A DNA stretch of 63,902 nucleotides, the filler included, from Choristocarpus tenellus KU-1152 (Eukaryota; Protista; Phaeophyceae), in the NCBI GenBank assembly GCA_964200185.2. It is 11 parts of 11 records of this genome, joined end to end, with 100 filler letters (N's around TTAATTAATTAA, not from the genome) between each part and the next. Parts side by side here need not be neighbours in the genome. Positions count along the whole stretch, not along the records: positions 1 to 9,494 come from CAXNAD020003632.1; positions 9,595 to 17,717 come from CAXNAD020005109.1; 9 more parts are not named here. One strand, 5' to 3'. Below the pieces are notes generated by a model. That model saw only the letters and a list, made by a program, of their open reading frames with translations. It ran no database searches and was not told where the DNA came from. Shown piece by piece: positions 1-10,041 of the stretch. Position 1 is the first letter of the stretch, and every line of letters begins with the position of its first letter. Position numbers and translations under genes: made by a program.

Positions 1-75
1 GCTTTACAACACCATGATTCCTCTTCCTTCGTAGTGTATGTATCATATACAATGCATTCGATTCAGGTTTCAACA
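1..75 (-). mobile_element. Terminus of a young LTR-like element (TGTTG end) inserted into the Gypsy RT
   Basis: The reverse complement of 14-75 matches 22897-22958 at 61/62 nt. It starts TGTTGAAAC on the minus strand, and RT homology (GFGLKILPALFPSYMRE) stops at this junction. Confidence 0.65.
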
Positions 76-3000
76 CCTCTCTCATGTAACTAGGGAATAG
101 TGCAGGTAGGATTTTCAACCCAAAGCCACACCTGTTATATTCCCAAAGTTGTCCATGAACGTCACGGAAGGCTGTCTTATGTTTGTCTACCTCTGCGATT
201 TCTAGTTGAAAGAATCCCGACGCTAGGTCTATGGCAGTTAAAATACCTAGAACCCTTAAGCTTATCAAAGATGCTGGTGATGTTCCTGAGACCTCCACTA
301 TCATTTCGCGAGAGATCATTAAGCATCCTATAGTCCGTGCACAACCTCAGGGTCCCATCTTTCTTACGTACTGCGACAACTGCTGCTGCCCACGCTGAGG
401 TGGAGGGTCTATTGATATCACGTTCCTGCAACTGCTTAACCTTGGCCTGAATCATCTGCGTTTCTTCGGGAGAGAAGCGCCTTTGTTTTGCTGCGTAGGG
501 TATACAGTTCTCGACTAATAGTGGTATGTGTAGTACTCCTCTAGAGCATGGGGGAACTCGTTTGAGATCTTCAGGGAATACCCCTAATTGTCCAAATCCC
601 TCTAACAATTCCACCAACTACTGTTTCTTCTTCCCTGGTGTCAGCTGTCCCATATTGGCATCGTTAAGGCTCACCGATTGATACCGGACCCCCTTGGCTT
701 CATCTGAAAGGATGTCTTCTTCCTCTGCTACCGGGCAGTCACCAGTCTCGTCTGCTTCTGGGGGATGCCTTGTCTGAGAACTAGTTGTGGCAAGCAGGAC
801 CTGTGCTCTTTGAGGGTCTTTGGGGGGTTTGGTTAGTGACTGAAAGAGTGCAACCACCCTCTCCCTATCCTGAGTATTCAGAGCAATCGCCTTTGCAACA
901 GGCAGCCCTGCCTGGACACTACTGGACTTACTGCACGTATTTACCAGCTTGCAATAAATGGGATTCCCTAGGTTCCACCATTGTACACCTCTGGCAACTC
1001 TGACAGCATTTCCTAATTCCAGGTTATACTCTGATAAGGGCTCAATCACCACCAACTGTCTGGATTGTGGTTGTGCCCCCCTAACGAATCCTTTGCAGAC
1101 TTTGCTGACAAACCCTTCTACATGTTCTACTTCTGAGAAACGCAATTCCCATTGCAGGGTCCCATCGTCCTCCCACGCTACTTCTACCGGAAGGGGTACT
1201 AGTCCTGGACTCTTCAGTCATGGGGTCAGAGGATCCTTGTCTTGGGTAAGATCTATTGTTGCGATACCTGCCTCTGGATCCGCATCTGAGGTGCCTGCTT
1301 CTGGGTCTACATAAAAAAACTTGCATGTTCCTTCTCTGGTTGCGTATGTTCACCAGTTGGAGAACTAGTGCATCTTGAGAATCTAGGGAGTGCGTCAGGG
1401 GGGGGTTCTCTACATCCAGCTGACCTGGGGTTATCAGGAGGTAGTCTGTGGTACTTGGATGGTCGGGTTGTGGGTGTCATTGATGCTTGCCACTTTCCCA
1501 GGGCTGACAGGGTGCATTGTTATCACTAGATCTGGGTGTCACAGCTCGGACAAAAGGTATCCATGGTGAGTTTGGAGCTGGTCGAAAGCCTTCCCCCTCT
1601 CTAAATGACAGTATGCTCTTGTGCTGCCTACAGAATGCTGCTCCTAGAACCATCCCGTAAGGTAAGCCTTCCGCTACTCTGAATGTCACATTGCGGACTC
1701 TATCCTCTGGGGGAAACAATATTGGCAGTATGCAGGACCCTAGTACCTGCATGGGTGAAATACTGCATCCTTTCGGATTTGCACGTGTGACGTACTTTTA
1801 CCTGCTTGATTAAGATGCGGTAGGTCGGTGCTACCCCCCCAGAGAGTAGTACTGCGCCAAAAAGCAGATGAAATGTAGTTCCAACCTCCTGCACCTGTGT
1901 CAAGGAGTATCTGTACAGGCATTCTCGAGCGGACTTTGCGAGGGTTCCACAGCAGCACAGATAGCCATACTTGACTAGTTCGTTGGGCAGTTGACATAGT
2001 GGATATTGTCGTGGTGGATGTGGGGATCATGCTTCCTATGGCTACAGTGGCTAAGTTCCCTGGAGTTGAAGACTCCAGGGCGCACCTTCAGGGTAACTCA
2101 GGTGCTTTAGAATGGGTCGGGGCTACTTGTAAATAGTGGCGGAAACTCAAAGTCCTGCATCGTGGCAAGGTAATGCAAATGGGAGTTTGTCAAGGCTACC
2201 ATCGTACGCGACTCATTCTTTGGGGTAGTACTTTGCTTGTCTTGGGAAAGATATGCGAAGTAACTCTTAGGTACTATGGAGTCGTCGTGGGTATACCTCC
2301 ACCTGCGGCTGATAAACTTGAAGCAGTCGCGACCGAAAGTGTGGTGGAAGCAAACTCGATTTTCCTCAAGCCACTCGACAACCTCATCTTGGAAAGCAGA
2401 TGGTAAAGGTAAATCCTTGCCCGAATGGTGTCGACCTGCATCGCTTGCTCTGTCTGTGGCTAAAGAAGACGTGGATCAGGGCACAGACTGGGTGGCGGGT
2501 GTTGCAGGTCGAACAGGTGCGGATGCATTGCTCTTAGAAACGAAAGAGGTCCCATGCTTCCCAAGAACAGAAGCAGATTGGTTTGTCAACGCAGCACAGA
2601 CAGTGGGCAGGGGTTTTGGGACAAAACAGGTTGGAGAATCGGTGCGAGGGCCGCCAGCACACTGTTGACCACCTCTTGGTGTGGTGGTGGACTCTGACTT
2701 GGCACCTCTCGTGGCAAGGATGTCCTGCTATGTTGGGGCAGTCCTAGTTCCTGTCTGTCTATCGGGGTTTCAACTGGGGCAGACAAAGGGTGGGGCATGC
2801 TTGCAAACAGAGCACGAGCATTAGCCATGCTACCTAAAGCAGTTGGTGTCTTATCTTTGTATGACGCAGATTTTGTAGCATTTTGATTGGTTGGGATAAA
2901 TGCGTCCTGGTCGCTACGATTGGACAATTCTTCAAATAGATCGCCAAAGATCCGTTCTACTTTAAATCCCCGCTGTACCATTTCATCTCCTAAAGGATTA

Positions 3001-4584
3001 TTCTGGGAAATTGCCAGTGGGCGAATTTGACTCCGAATCTCCTTTCGAAATGAAAATGCCATCGACTGTACTCCAATCTGATCTAGAACATTGGAAGAAC
3101 ACTAGGACTAGCTCGTTCGCATAGATCAACGAGTTGGTCTTCAGCTATATGCCTCCAAAAACAAGTTGACTCGCAAACATGAGGCATCCGCGAATCTACG
3201 GTGTACGCTCGATAATGTAAGACAAGACGGTTGGCTGCAGCTTTCCAAGATTCCCCTCTCTCGGTCCTCACCAGGATATGAACCCACTCAGTCGCTGTTA
3301 TGTCTTCCTGAGGAACCCTACGGAGTTGTCCGGTGACGCTCAGGACTTCCACTGTAGATGAGTCACTTAGGAGATCACTGTGGGACCTAAGAGAGTCAGA
3401 CAGTAGTTGCTCAAGAAGCTCAATGCAGAAAGGGGTAAGGGCATCACTACGTGGACGTGATGTATTACAATAGTGGGCATGATCTTTGGGTAAGGCCCAC
3501 GATCCTCCTTGAACCCTCCCTAAAGCCTTGGTAAGATCACCAGCAAAAAAAACGGGATTGTCTGAAATGGTTGGGGCGAAGTTATCTGCAGGTACTCCAA
3601 GAAAGATGTGGGGCCATTGGCAGGGTCTCCGAGTTTCTTATGAATTCGTTCCATGGTTTTAACACAATCTTGATGATAACGCATGTCGAGGTTGCGAGAG
3701 GCTCTGTCTCACTGCTGCCTACCGGATTGTGACTCCTTTGACTCGACTCAGCTCGTGTACGCAAATCGTGAATTTCTCTTCGCAACTGTGCCTCAACCTC
3801 TCTGGACCGACGTACCGTACTCAGGCTATTCCTCCGAGATGGTCTGGGTGATAAAGACCTGTGTGAAGAATAATAATCACTGGTCCGACGGTGACGTCAT
3901 GGTGAACAGGTGTGGCCTCTGCGTTCTTCTGTGGTCCTCCATCCATTTCGACGAGAGCGCCTGTCCCGGGATCTCGACCTGGAGCGAGATCTGTCACGAG
4001 TGGAAGACCGAAAACGAATTTGCTCTCTGCGCCTGCCTCGATGTTCAGCAGCGTGGACACGGCTGCGACCAGAATTGCCTTGAGTTGTGGTACTGGGCTG
4101 AAATCTCTCGGAATCATCGATTCCTTGGAGAATCTGTAGGTCGGAGGCGACCTCAACTTCTCGCAAATACTGTAAGCTAGACGTGTCTGCAAACCTGAGA
4201 GATAAAGGGCAAGGTGGCCACCAAAAGAAAACAGGGATGTGTGAGTAAAGGAATGCAGAACAATTGACTACCTAGGCAACGTCTCGAACATGGTGATCCA
4301 AGACCACTCATTTTATTACCATAGGCGAATAATGTGGCAATCAGAGGCCATTCGTTTTACGGCTATAGAAGGGCGATTCTCTCAGAGCCACATAAGCCAC
4401 CACACCCATGAAGACGACAAGGCCAAGGAGGAAATCCCGTAGACGACGAATGAAGACCACAAACCCAACTGGAACAAAACAGAATCCAGGCGGACGTAGG
4501 AAGCTACAAGGAATCCTAAGTGTTGAGGTGAATACGGAGTATTCTCTCCTGTTTGGAGAGAGGCGGTAGGACCTCCATGTTACA
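76..4584 (-). mobile_element. Degenerate Ty3/Gypsy LTR retrotransposon (gag, protease, RT; 3' part lost)
   Basis: Aspartic protease motif ILLDTGAG at about 1900. RT motifs RPSTSAWAAAVVAVRKKDGTLRLCTDYRMLN and, after a frameshift, AIDLASGFFQLEI...KHKTAF. RT follows PR with no intervening integrase, the Gypsy order. Gag-like broken ORFs at about 2100-4190. Many stops and frameshifts. Confidence 0.9.
4333..4584 (-). repeat. Candidate 5' LTR of the Gypsy element
   Basis: About 250-bp segment upstream of gag bounded by TGTAAC...GCCACA on the minus strand. No second copy is available to confirm it. Confidence 0.35.
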
Positions 4585-5260
4585 GCTTGCCCCTCAGAAC
4601 TCACCTCCACGGGATATGCAACTCAAATCCAACGACCTTAAAACGACGCTACGCGGTCCACAGATGATGACCACATACGGTGTCAGTTGATGCTTAACTC
4701 AGTCAATGTCTCGCTTTTTGCGTTATCAAAAGAGGTAAGGATCAAGAACTGAGTGTGTGGTCATCCGCACGCAGCCTTTTATTAACATCATTCACCATTT
4801 TTCTACAGCCAAAGAGTTAAATGAAGTCTGCAAACTGCTATGTAGATACTTCAATCATAAATCTTTATTCTGCAACTTACAGGAATTGACATCTATTCTG
4901 TAAGATTATGTTAGCATTTCAAATCTTACTCTGCATCTTCTATCAATTCAAAGTCCCTCTTACATGAGTTCTTACATATGTATACTGTTCGCACATTTTG
5001 GCACGCAGTAAGAAATGCTCGCGCTATTCACCTGTAACACAGCTACCGATCCAGTGGTGGAGCCTATCATTCATAATGGTATAGACCTTCAGCAAGAGGA
5101 TGACATACATCCCCACTGACAACACACTATGGTCAGTCGAACCCTCACTGTTTGGGAAGAAAATGGAGGATGTTTAGTCAAAATTGCCAATTTATCTCTA
5201 ATAGGGGTCAAGCTTCCAGTGAATTTTGTAGTTGGTAATACCTCTCCTGTTTCAACCACA

Positions 5261-5472
5261 TGCAGAAACAACAAGAATTGCTCCATCCATTTGAGCAGCT
5301 CCAGTAATCATACTTTCAACACAGAGTCGGCGTGACTTGGACAATCTACCTGAGCATAATGTCTTTTCTCTGTTTCATATTTCAACATGTGCTGTAGAAA
5401 TAGTAATACCTCCTTCTCGAGTTCCATCAATTTTATCGTATTTAGTAGCCTGAGCTTGCCGCCTTTTTGTTA
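5261..5472 (-). pseudogene. tufA: Bacterial-type EF-Tu relic, second half of the split fragment
   Basis: Translates, with two frameshifts, as TKRRQAQATKYDKIDGTREGGITISTAHVE/YETEKRHYAQVDCPSHADSV..K/MITGAAQMDGAILVVSA, the EF-Tu switch I to G3 region. Confidence 0.93.
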
Positions 5473-7397
5473 TAGTGTATCAGTAGCTTCGCCCTCTGGG
5501 GTTGTCCCATCATAACGTTTGATGTAGACATCGGATTAAGAAAATAAAAGCATATTCGTGATGCCCGTCACAATGCCCTCCAGAATACGGGCTTCGTTTT
5601 ATCACCATTTTGTTATTTTTTTCAAGAAAGAACGCTCATATTGGGGTTCGAACTCTGGGTTGTAGGTCACTAAGAGTGGCAACAGATACGCTATTACTTG
5701 ATTAAAGTATAGGGTTTAGACGGGAAAAACGCCTCCCTACCCTTTCTTCCTGTGTGTTCACGCACCCACTCTTTGACCTCGGTAAGGATGTCCTCATTGA
5801 CCCCCAGAACTAAACGCCCCTCGTAGTGCCCTTGCTCCGACACCTTGATGTGGCCCTTTCTTACTCACAGTTTCCGACCCGACCATTGCATATCCTGCTG
5901 CCATCTCGAGCGCTGTTTGATGGTCTTTCCCGTCGTTCATACACAGATGCATGATTCACAGTATTAGAGCCTTTACACTCACATTTCCTTCTTGAGCACC
6001 GGAAATGGGCATTGACCGTGTTTCCTGGGTAGGTGATATTTTATCAAGGCGCATAGGCGAGGGAGGACAGGCTTGAGCTGATCGAACATTTTGTCGATTT
6101 CTCGAATGAATGCAGGCGGGGAGAAAGACTTAATCAACTTTATACGTCCGACCCCTAAGTCCAGGAACAAAAGTGAATGTACGGCATCTTGCAAGAAGTG
6201 GGAGACACCAAACAATCGATATGCAAATAGTCTCAATCTCTCCTCCTCTTTTTTCCTGGCGTCTTAGTCAATGGCTACCTCCACCTGCTTCGTGTGACCT
6301 CTTCTAAGTAAAGGATTTGGTGGTATCGAAAAGTCTCCACAGTTGCCTTTACTACGATCACATTCTCCTCCGCCTTGCGAGCCCTTTCGATCATCATTTC
6401 GGGCTTTAGAGCCCTTGTATCCCAACCCTAAAGCCTTCTTTCTCGTTTCCTTAAGCCACTCTGGCTCACATAGCTTCCAAACAGCTAGGGCCTGCTGCAA
6501 CTGTCGACTGCCAAGATATTCTATACCCGGGTTTTCGCTTAGACGTTTCCTGAGTGCAATGGCGCGCAGTCGCACTGCTCTCCTCCCCAACCTTCCCTTC
6601 TGCCGGCCACTCTGGTTCTCCCTTCATCCGCCATGACCAGGCTTCCCCACAGACTTCATCACTGTACCACCTGGTGATGGACTTACCGCTCTCTTCCTGC
6701 TTTCCGGAAGCGGCAGAGACTGCAGAGTAGTGCTCTGACTTGGTTGAAGATTTAACCACGTTTGTGTGGTAATACTTCCAATGCATCTTCTCTCAGCGTC
6801 AGTGTCGCGGCCGCATGATCCCTTGCGCATTTGATCATGCTACTGTGCCACACTACTCGCACTTTCTCGTCACCTAACATCGCACTGAGTGTCACACGAT
6901 AATTGCTTTTCCGTCGCCTCTCGACAGAGAAGGTGCCGAGGGTAGACCCAGGGGGCAGAGTGGCCTCGGCGGCTCTCCTTGTCTCAGCGTCGTGGTTCAT
7001 GTTGCTGTGTGGGTCACGTGTGTGTGCGCTCATAGAAAGTCTGAAAAAGACGTAAAAAAGATGTCCGCAAACCTTCCTTTTCTTTTTGGTATCTCCACAC
7101 CAGCCAAAGTTCAGCAGGAACCTAACCCGGACCAGTGGTTTGCATGGAGTTCGGTCAACCACTTCATTTTGTCAGTTATAAAGTCTTCACCTTCAAACGT
7201 GCACTGGAGGTGTTCCCCTGTGTCTTTTCCATTAGTGGATCAGGACATAGCTTCCGTTCCCGACGTGTGAAACTTCATGGATACAAACGTTCAAAACCTC
7301 TTGTCATAACCTTCGTTTGGTATTATGTGGTTGTATAAATGTTGTAGCGTTCCGGTTAAACAAAGCAAGATTGACACAGAGGGCGAAGATACTGGTA
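5473..7397 (-). mobile_element. TIR-bounded element, copy A, carrying a degenerate ORF of unknown function
   Basis: Left end TAGTGTATCAGTAGCTTCGCCCTCTG and right end CAGAGGGCGAAGATACTGGTA are inverted repeats. Colinear with copy B. Broken minus-strand ORF from about 7310 to 5694. Confidence 0.8.
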
Positions 7398-8943
7398 TAG
7401 TGATGCCAATAGATACCAATAGCTTCGCCCTCTAGGGTGTCCCATCATAGCGTTTGATATAGACATCGAATTAAAAAAATAAAAGCATATTCGTGGTGCC
7501 CGTTACAAAGCACTCCAGAGTTCGGGCTTTGTTTTTTCGCCATTTGTTTTTCAAGAAAGATCGGTCATATTGGGGTTCGAACCCCAGTTTGTAGGTCACT
7601 AAGAGTGGCAACAGATACACTATTACTTGATTAAAGTATAGGTTTTAGATGGGAAAAAAAAATCCCTACCCTTTCTTCCTGTGTGTTCGTGCACCCACTC
7701 TTTGACCTCGGCCAGGTTGTCCTCGTCGATGCCCAGAACGAAACACCTCTCGTCATGCCCTTCCTCCAACACCTTGATGTGGCCCTTAGTTAGAAAGTCT
7801 TTCTCCCATTTACTCATAGTTTCCTACCTGACCATCGTATATCCTGCTGCCATCTCGAGCGTTGTTTTATGGTCTTTCCCATAATTCATACACAGGTACT
7901 GGATTCGCAGTGTTAGAGCCTTTACTATCACATTTCCTTGTTGAGCGCCGGAAATGGATTACCTTCTTTCGGCCTTCAGAGCCCTTGTATCCCAACCCTA
8001 ACAACTTCTTTCTCATTTCCTTCAGTCACTCTGGCTCACATAGCTTCCAAACAGCCAGGACCTGCTGCAACTGTGGACTACTAAGTTATTCTACACCCGG
8101 GTTTTCACTTAGGCGTTTTCCTCAGCGCAATGGGACGCAGTCGCACTGCTCTCCTCCCCAACCTTCCCTTCATCCGCCATGACCAGGCTTCCCCACAGAC
8201 TTCGACCCTGTATCACACCTCGTGATGGACTTTCCACTCTCTTCCTGCTTTCCCGAGGCGGCAGAGACTGCAGAGTAGTGCTCTGACTTGGTTGAAGATT
8301 TAACCACGTTTGTGTGGTAATGCTTCCAATGCATCTTCTCTCAGTATCAGTGTCGCAGCTGCGTGGTCCATTGCGCGCTACAGTATACACACTTTCTCGT
8401 CGCCTAACATCGCACCGAATGTCACACGATACTTGTTTTTTGGACGCCTCTCAACAGAGAAGGTGCTGAGGGTAGATCCAGGGGGCAGAGTGGCCTTGGC
8501 GGCTCTCCTTGTCTCACCGTCGTGGTTCATGTTGCTGTGCGGGTCACGCCAGTGTGTGCTCTCAAAAATTATCCCAAATGGTGCTAAAACGATGTCCGCA
8601 AATCTTGCTCTTTTTTTTATATTCCCAGAAGCACCCCACTAGGGCAGGGGCCTACCCCAGATCAGTTTTTTGCGGGGAATTCAGCAAACCACTTCAATTT
8701 TGTACCTTTTGAGGTTGTGACCATCAAAATTGCACCGGAGATGTTCCCCCGCGTCTTTGACATTCTTTGATCGGGGCATAGTTCCCATTTACTGGAAGTT
8801 AGTACATTCCGGCATACAAATCGTGAGCACCTCTTCGCATAGCCTTTCATTTGATATTTATGTTATATACTTCTTGTGGAAACACAGTGAAAAAAAGCAA
8901 GATTGCTCCATGACGCTAAGTTATTTATATCACTTTACTACCT
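7398..8943 (-). mobile_element. TIR-bounded element, copy B (internal deletion, decayed right TIR)
   Basis: Direct repeat of copy A lacking about A 6008-6393. Left end TAGTGATGCCAATAGATACCAATAGCTTCGCCCTCT; right end degenerate GCTAAGTTATTTATATCACT. Confidence 0.8.
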
Positions 8944-9049
8944 TAACATGGTTGTTATAAGAGATGTAATTGAAGTGTTACCATGATCCACGTCACCAAT
9001 AGTTCCAACATTACAGCGGGTTATTCTGTTCAAATGTTTCTCTTGGCAT
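8944..9049 (-). pseudogene. tufA: Bacterial-type EF-Tu relic, N-terminal half
   Basis: MPRETFEQNNP/CNVGTIGDVDHGNTSITSLITTML, a decayed form of [33 protein letters not shown] (P-loop), with one frameshift. Confidence 0.9.
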
Positions 9050-10041
9050 AATTTTGTCTCGATATAAATAATAAGGTGGAGGGGATGGGGTTGTGGTGGT
9101 GATGGATAAAGGTGACGACGGTACACGAGACAGGCAGTGGCGAAGAACAAGTATAGGTGGAGGGTTTAACCCAGCTCTAGGAATAGACCACAGACTTCGA
9201 TTTCGCACAACGGAGAAGGATGGACAGAGAACAGAATGGGCCCATATGAGGACGAGGTGGAGGTGATCAAGGTTGGGAATGGCGGCCCATGAGATAGGTA
9301 CGGGCAAGGGGGGAACATAAGCAGAGCACACCACTCCTCTTCGGGAATAGGTAAACACGTTTCGTCTCTGCAGGATTGTGAAGCCCGAACGAGCACACAG
9401 GGGGATGGGGCCAGAGAGGTGGTAGAGGCACATGACGATGGTAGCAGGGATAGGGACCCACCCCTACACGGCGACGAGGAGGAGGAGGCAGGAGNNNNNN
9501 NNNNNNNNNNNNNNNNNNNNNNNNNNNNNNNNNNNNNNTTAATTAATTAANNNNNNNNNNNNNNNNNNNNNNNNNNNNNNNNNNNNNNNNNNNNGGGGGG
9601 GGGGGGGGGGGGGGGGGGGGGTAAAAGAGAGGGAGGGGGGGAAGGAGGGAGGGAGGGAAAGAACAAGGTGTGTTTACCTTTCAAGGGGTACTGGTGGGGA
9701 GAGAGCTCCCATTCAGCCTTTACGATGAGGCAGAAGGACTGATACCATACTATTGTTGTAGATTCAGTTCAAAAAATAAATGAGATCATACCTTCTCCCG
9801 CTGCGTACTTTGACTGTTGTGGTCTCTATCTTAACCAATCCGATCGCGACGGCACGAAGAGCAGGAGGCTCAACCAATCACAGTACAGTACAGTCAGTAC
9901 AGCATTGCTGCTAACACCACCAATAGCAACCATTAAAAAAGAAGAAAGAGGATTCCCCATCACGGAATATTCCTCACCAGAACGCGCATATATCATTAGC
10001 ACCAAAACAGATGGGAAAAAAAAAGAAGTGTGCATTCTCAC

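Noticed and set aside
5635-5712. tRNA gene
   Set aside because: Only a B-box-like arm is present; I could not form a cloverleaf with an acceptor stem and a 7-nt anticodon loop.
6150-6830. TnpB/Fanzor-like motifs in the TIR element ORF (RDHAAA; FLDLG)
   Set aside because: They are in the wrong order for RuvC I-II-III, lack the adjacent Zn ribbon, and RD is not conserved in copy B. Not called Fanzor.
7190-7235. GEHLQC as an HUH Rep motif II
   Set aside because: No motif I, motif III or SF3 Walker A is visible, and copy B reads HLRC.
8944-9049. Functional EF-Tu, or a plastid-derived insertion
   Set aside because: The P-loop is mutated (GDVDHGNT) and frameshifted, and the diagnostic residues fit alphaproteobacteria rather than plastids.
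9495-9594. N-run/TTAATTAATTAA/N-run spacer, present 10 times
   Set aside because: It is an artificial contig linker with stops in all frames. Adjacency across it has no biological meaning, and ORFs ending in X...LIN are artefacts.
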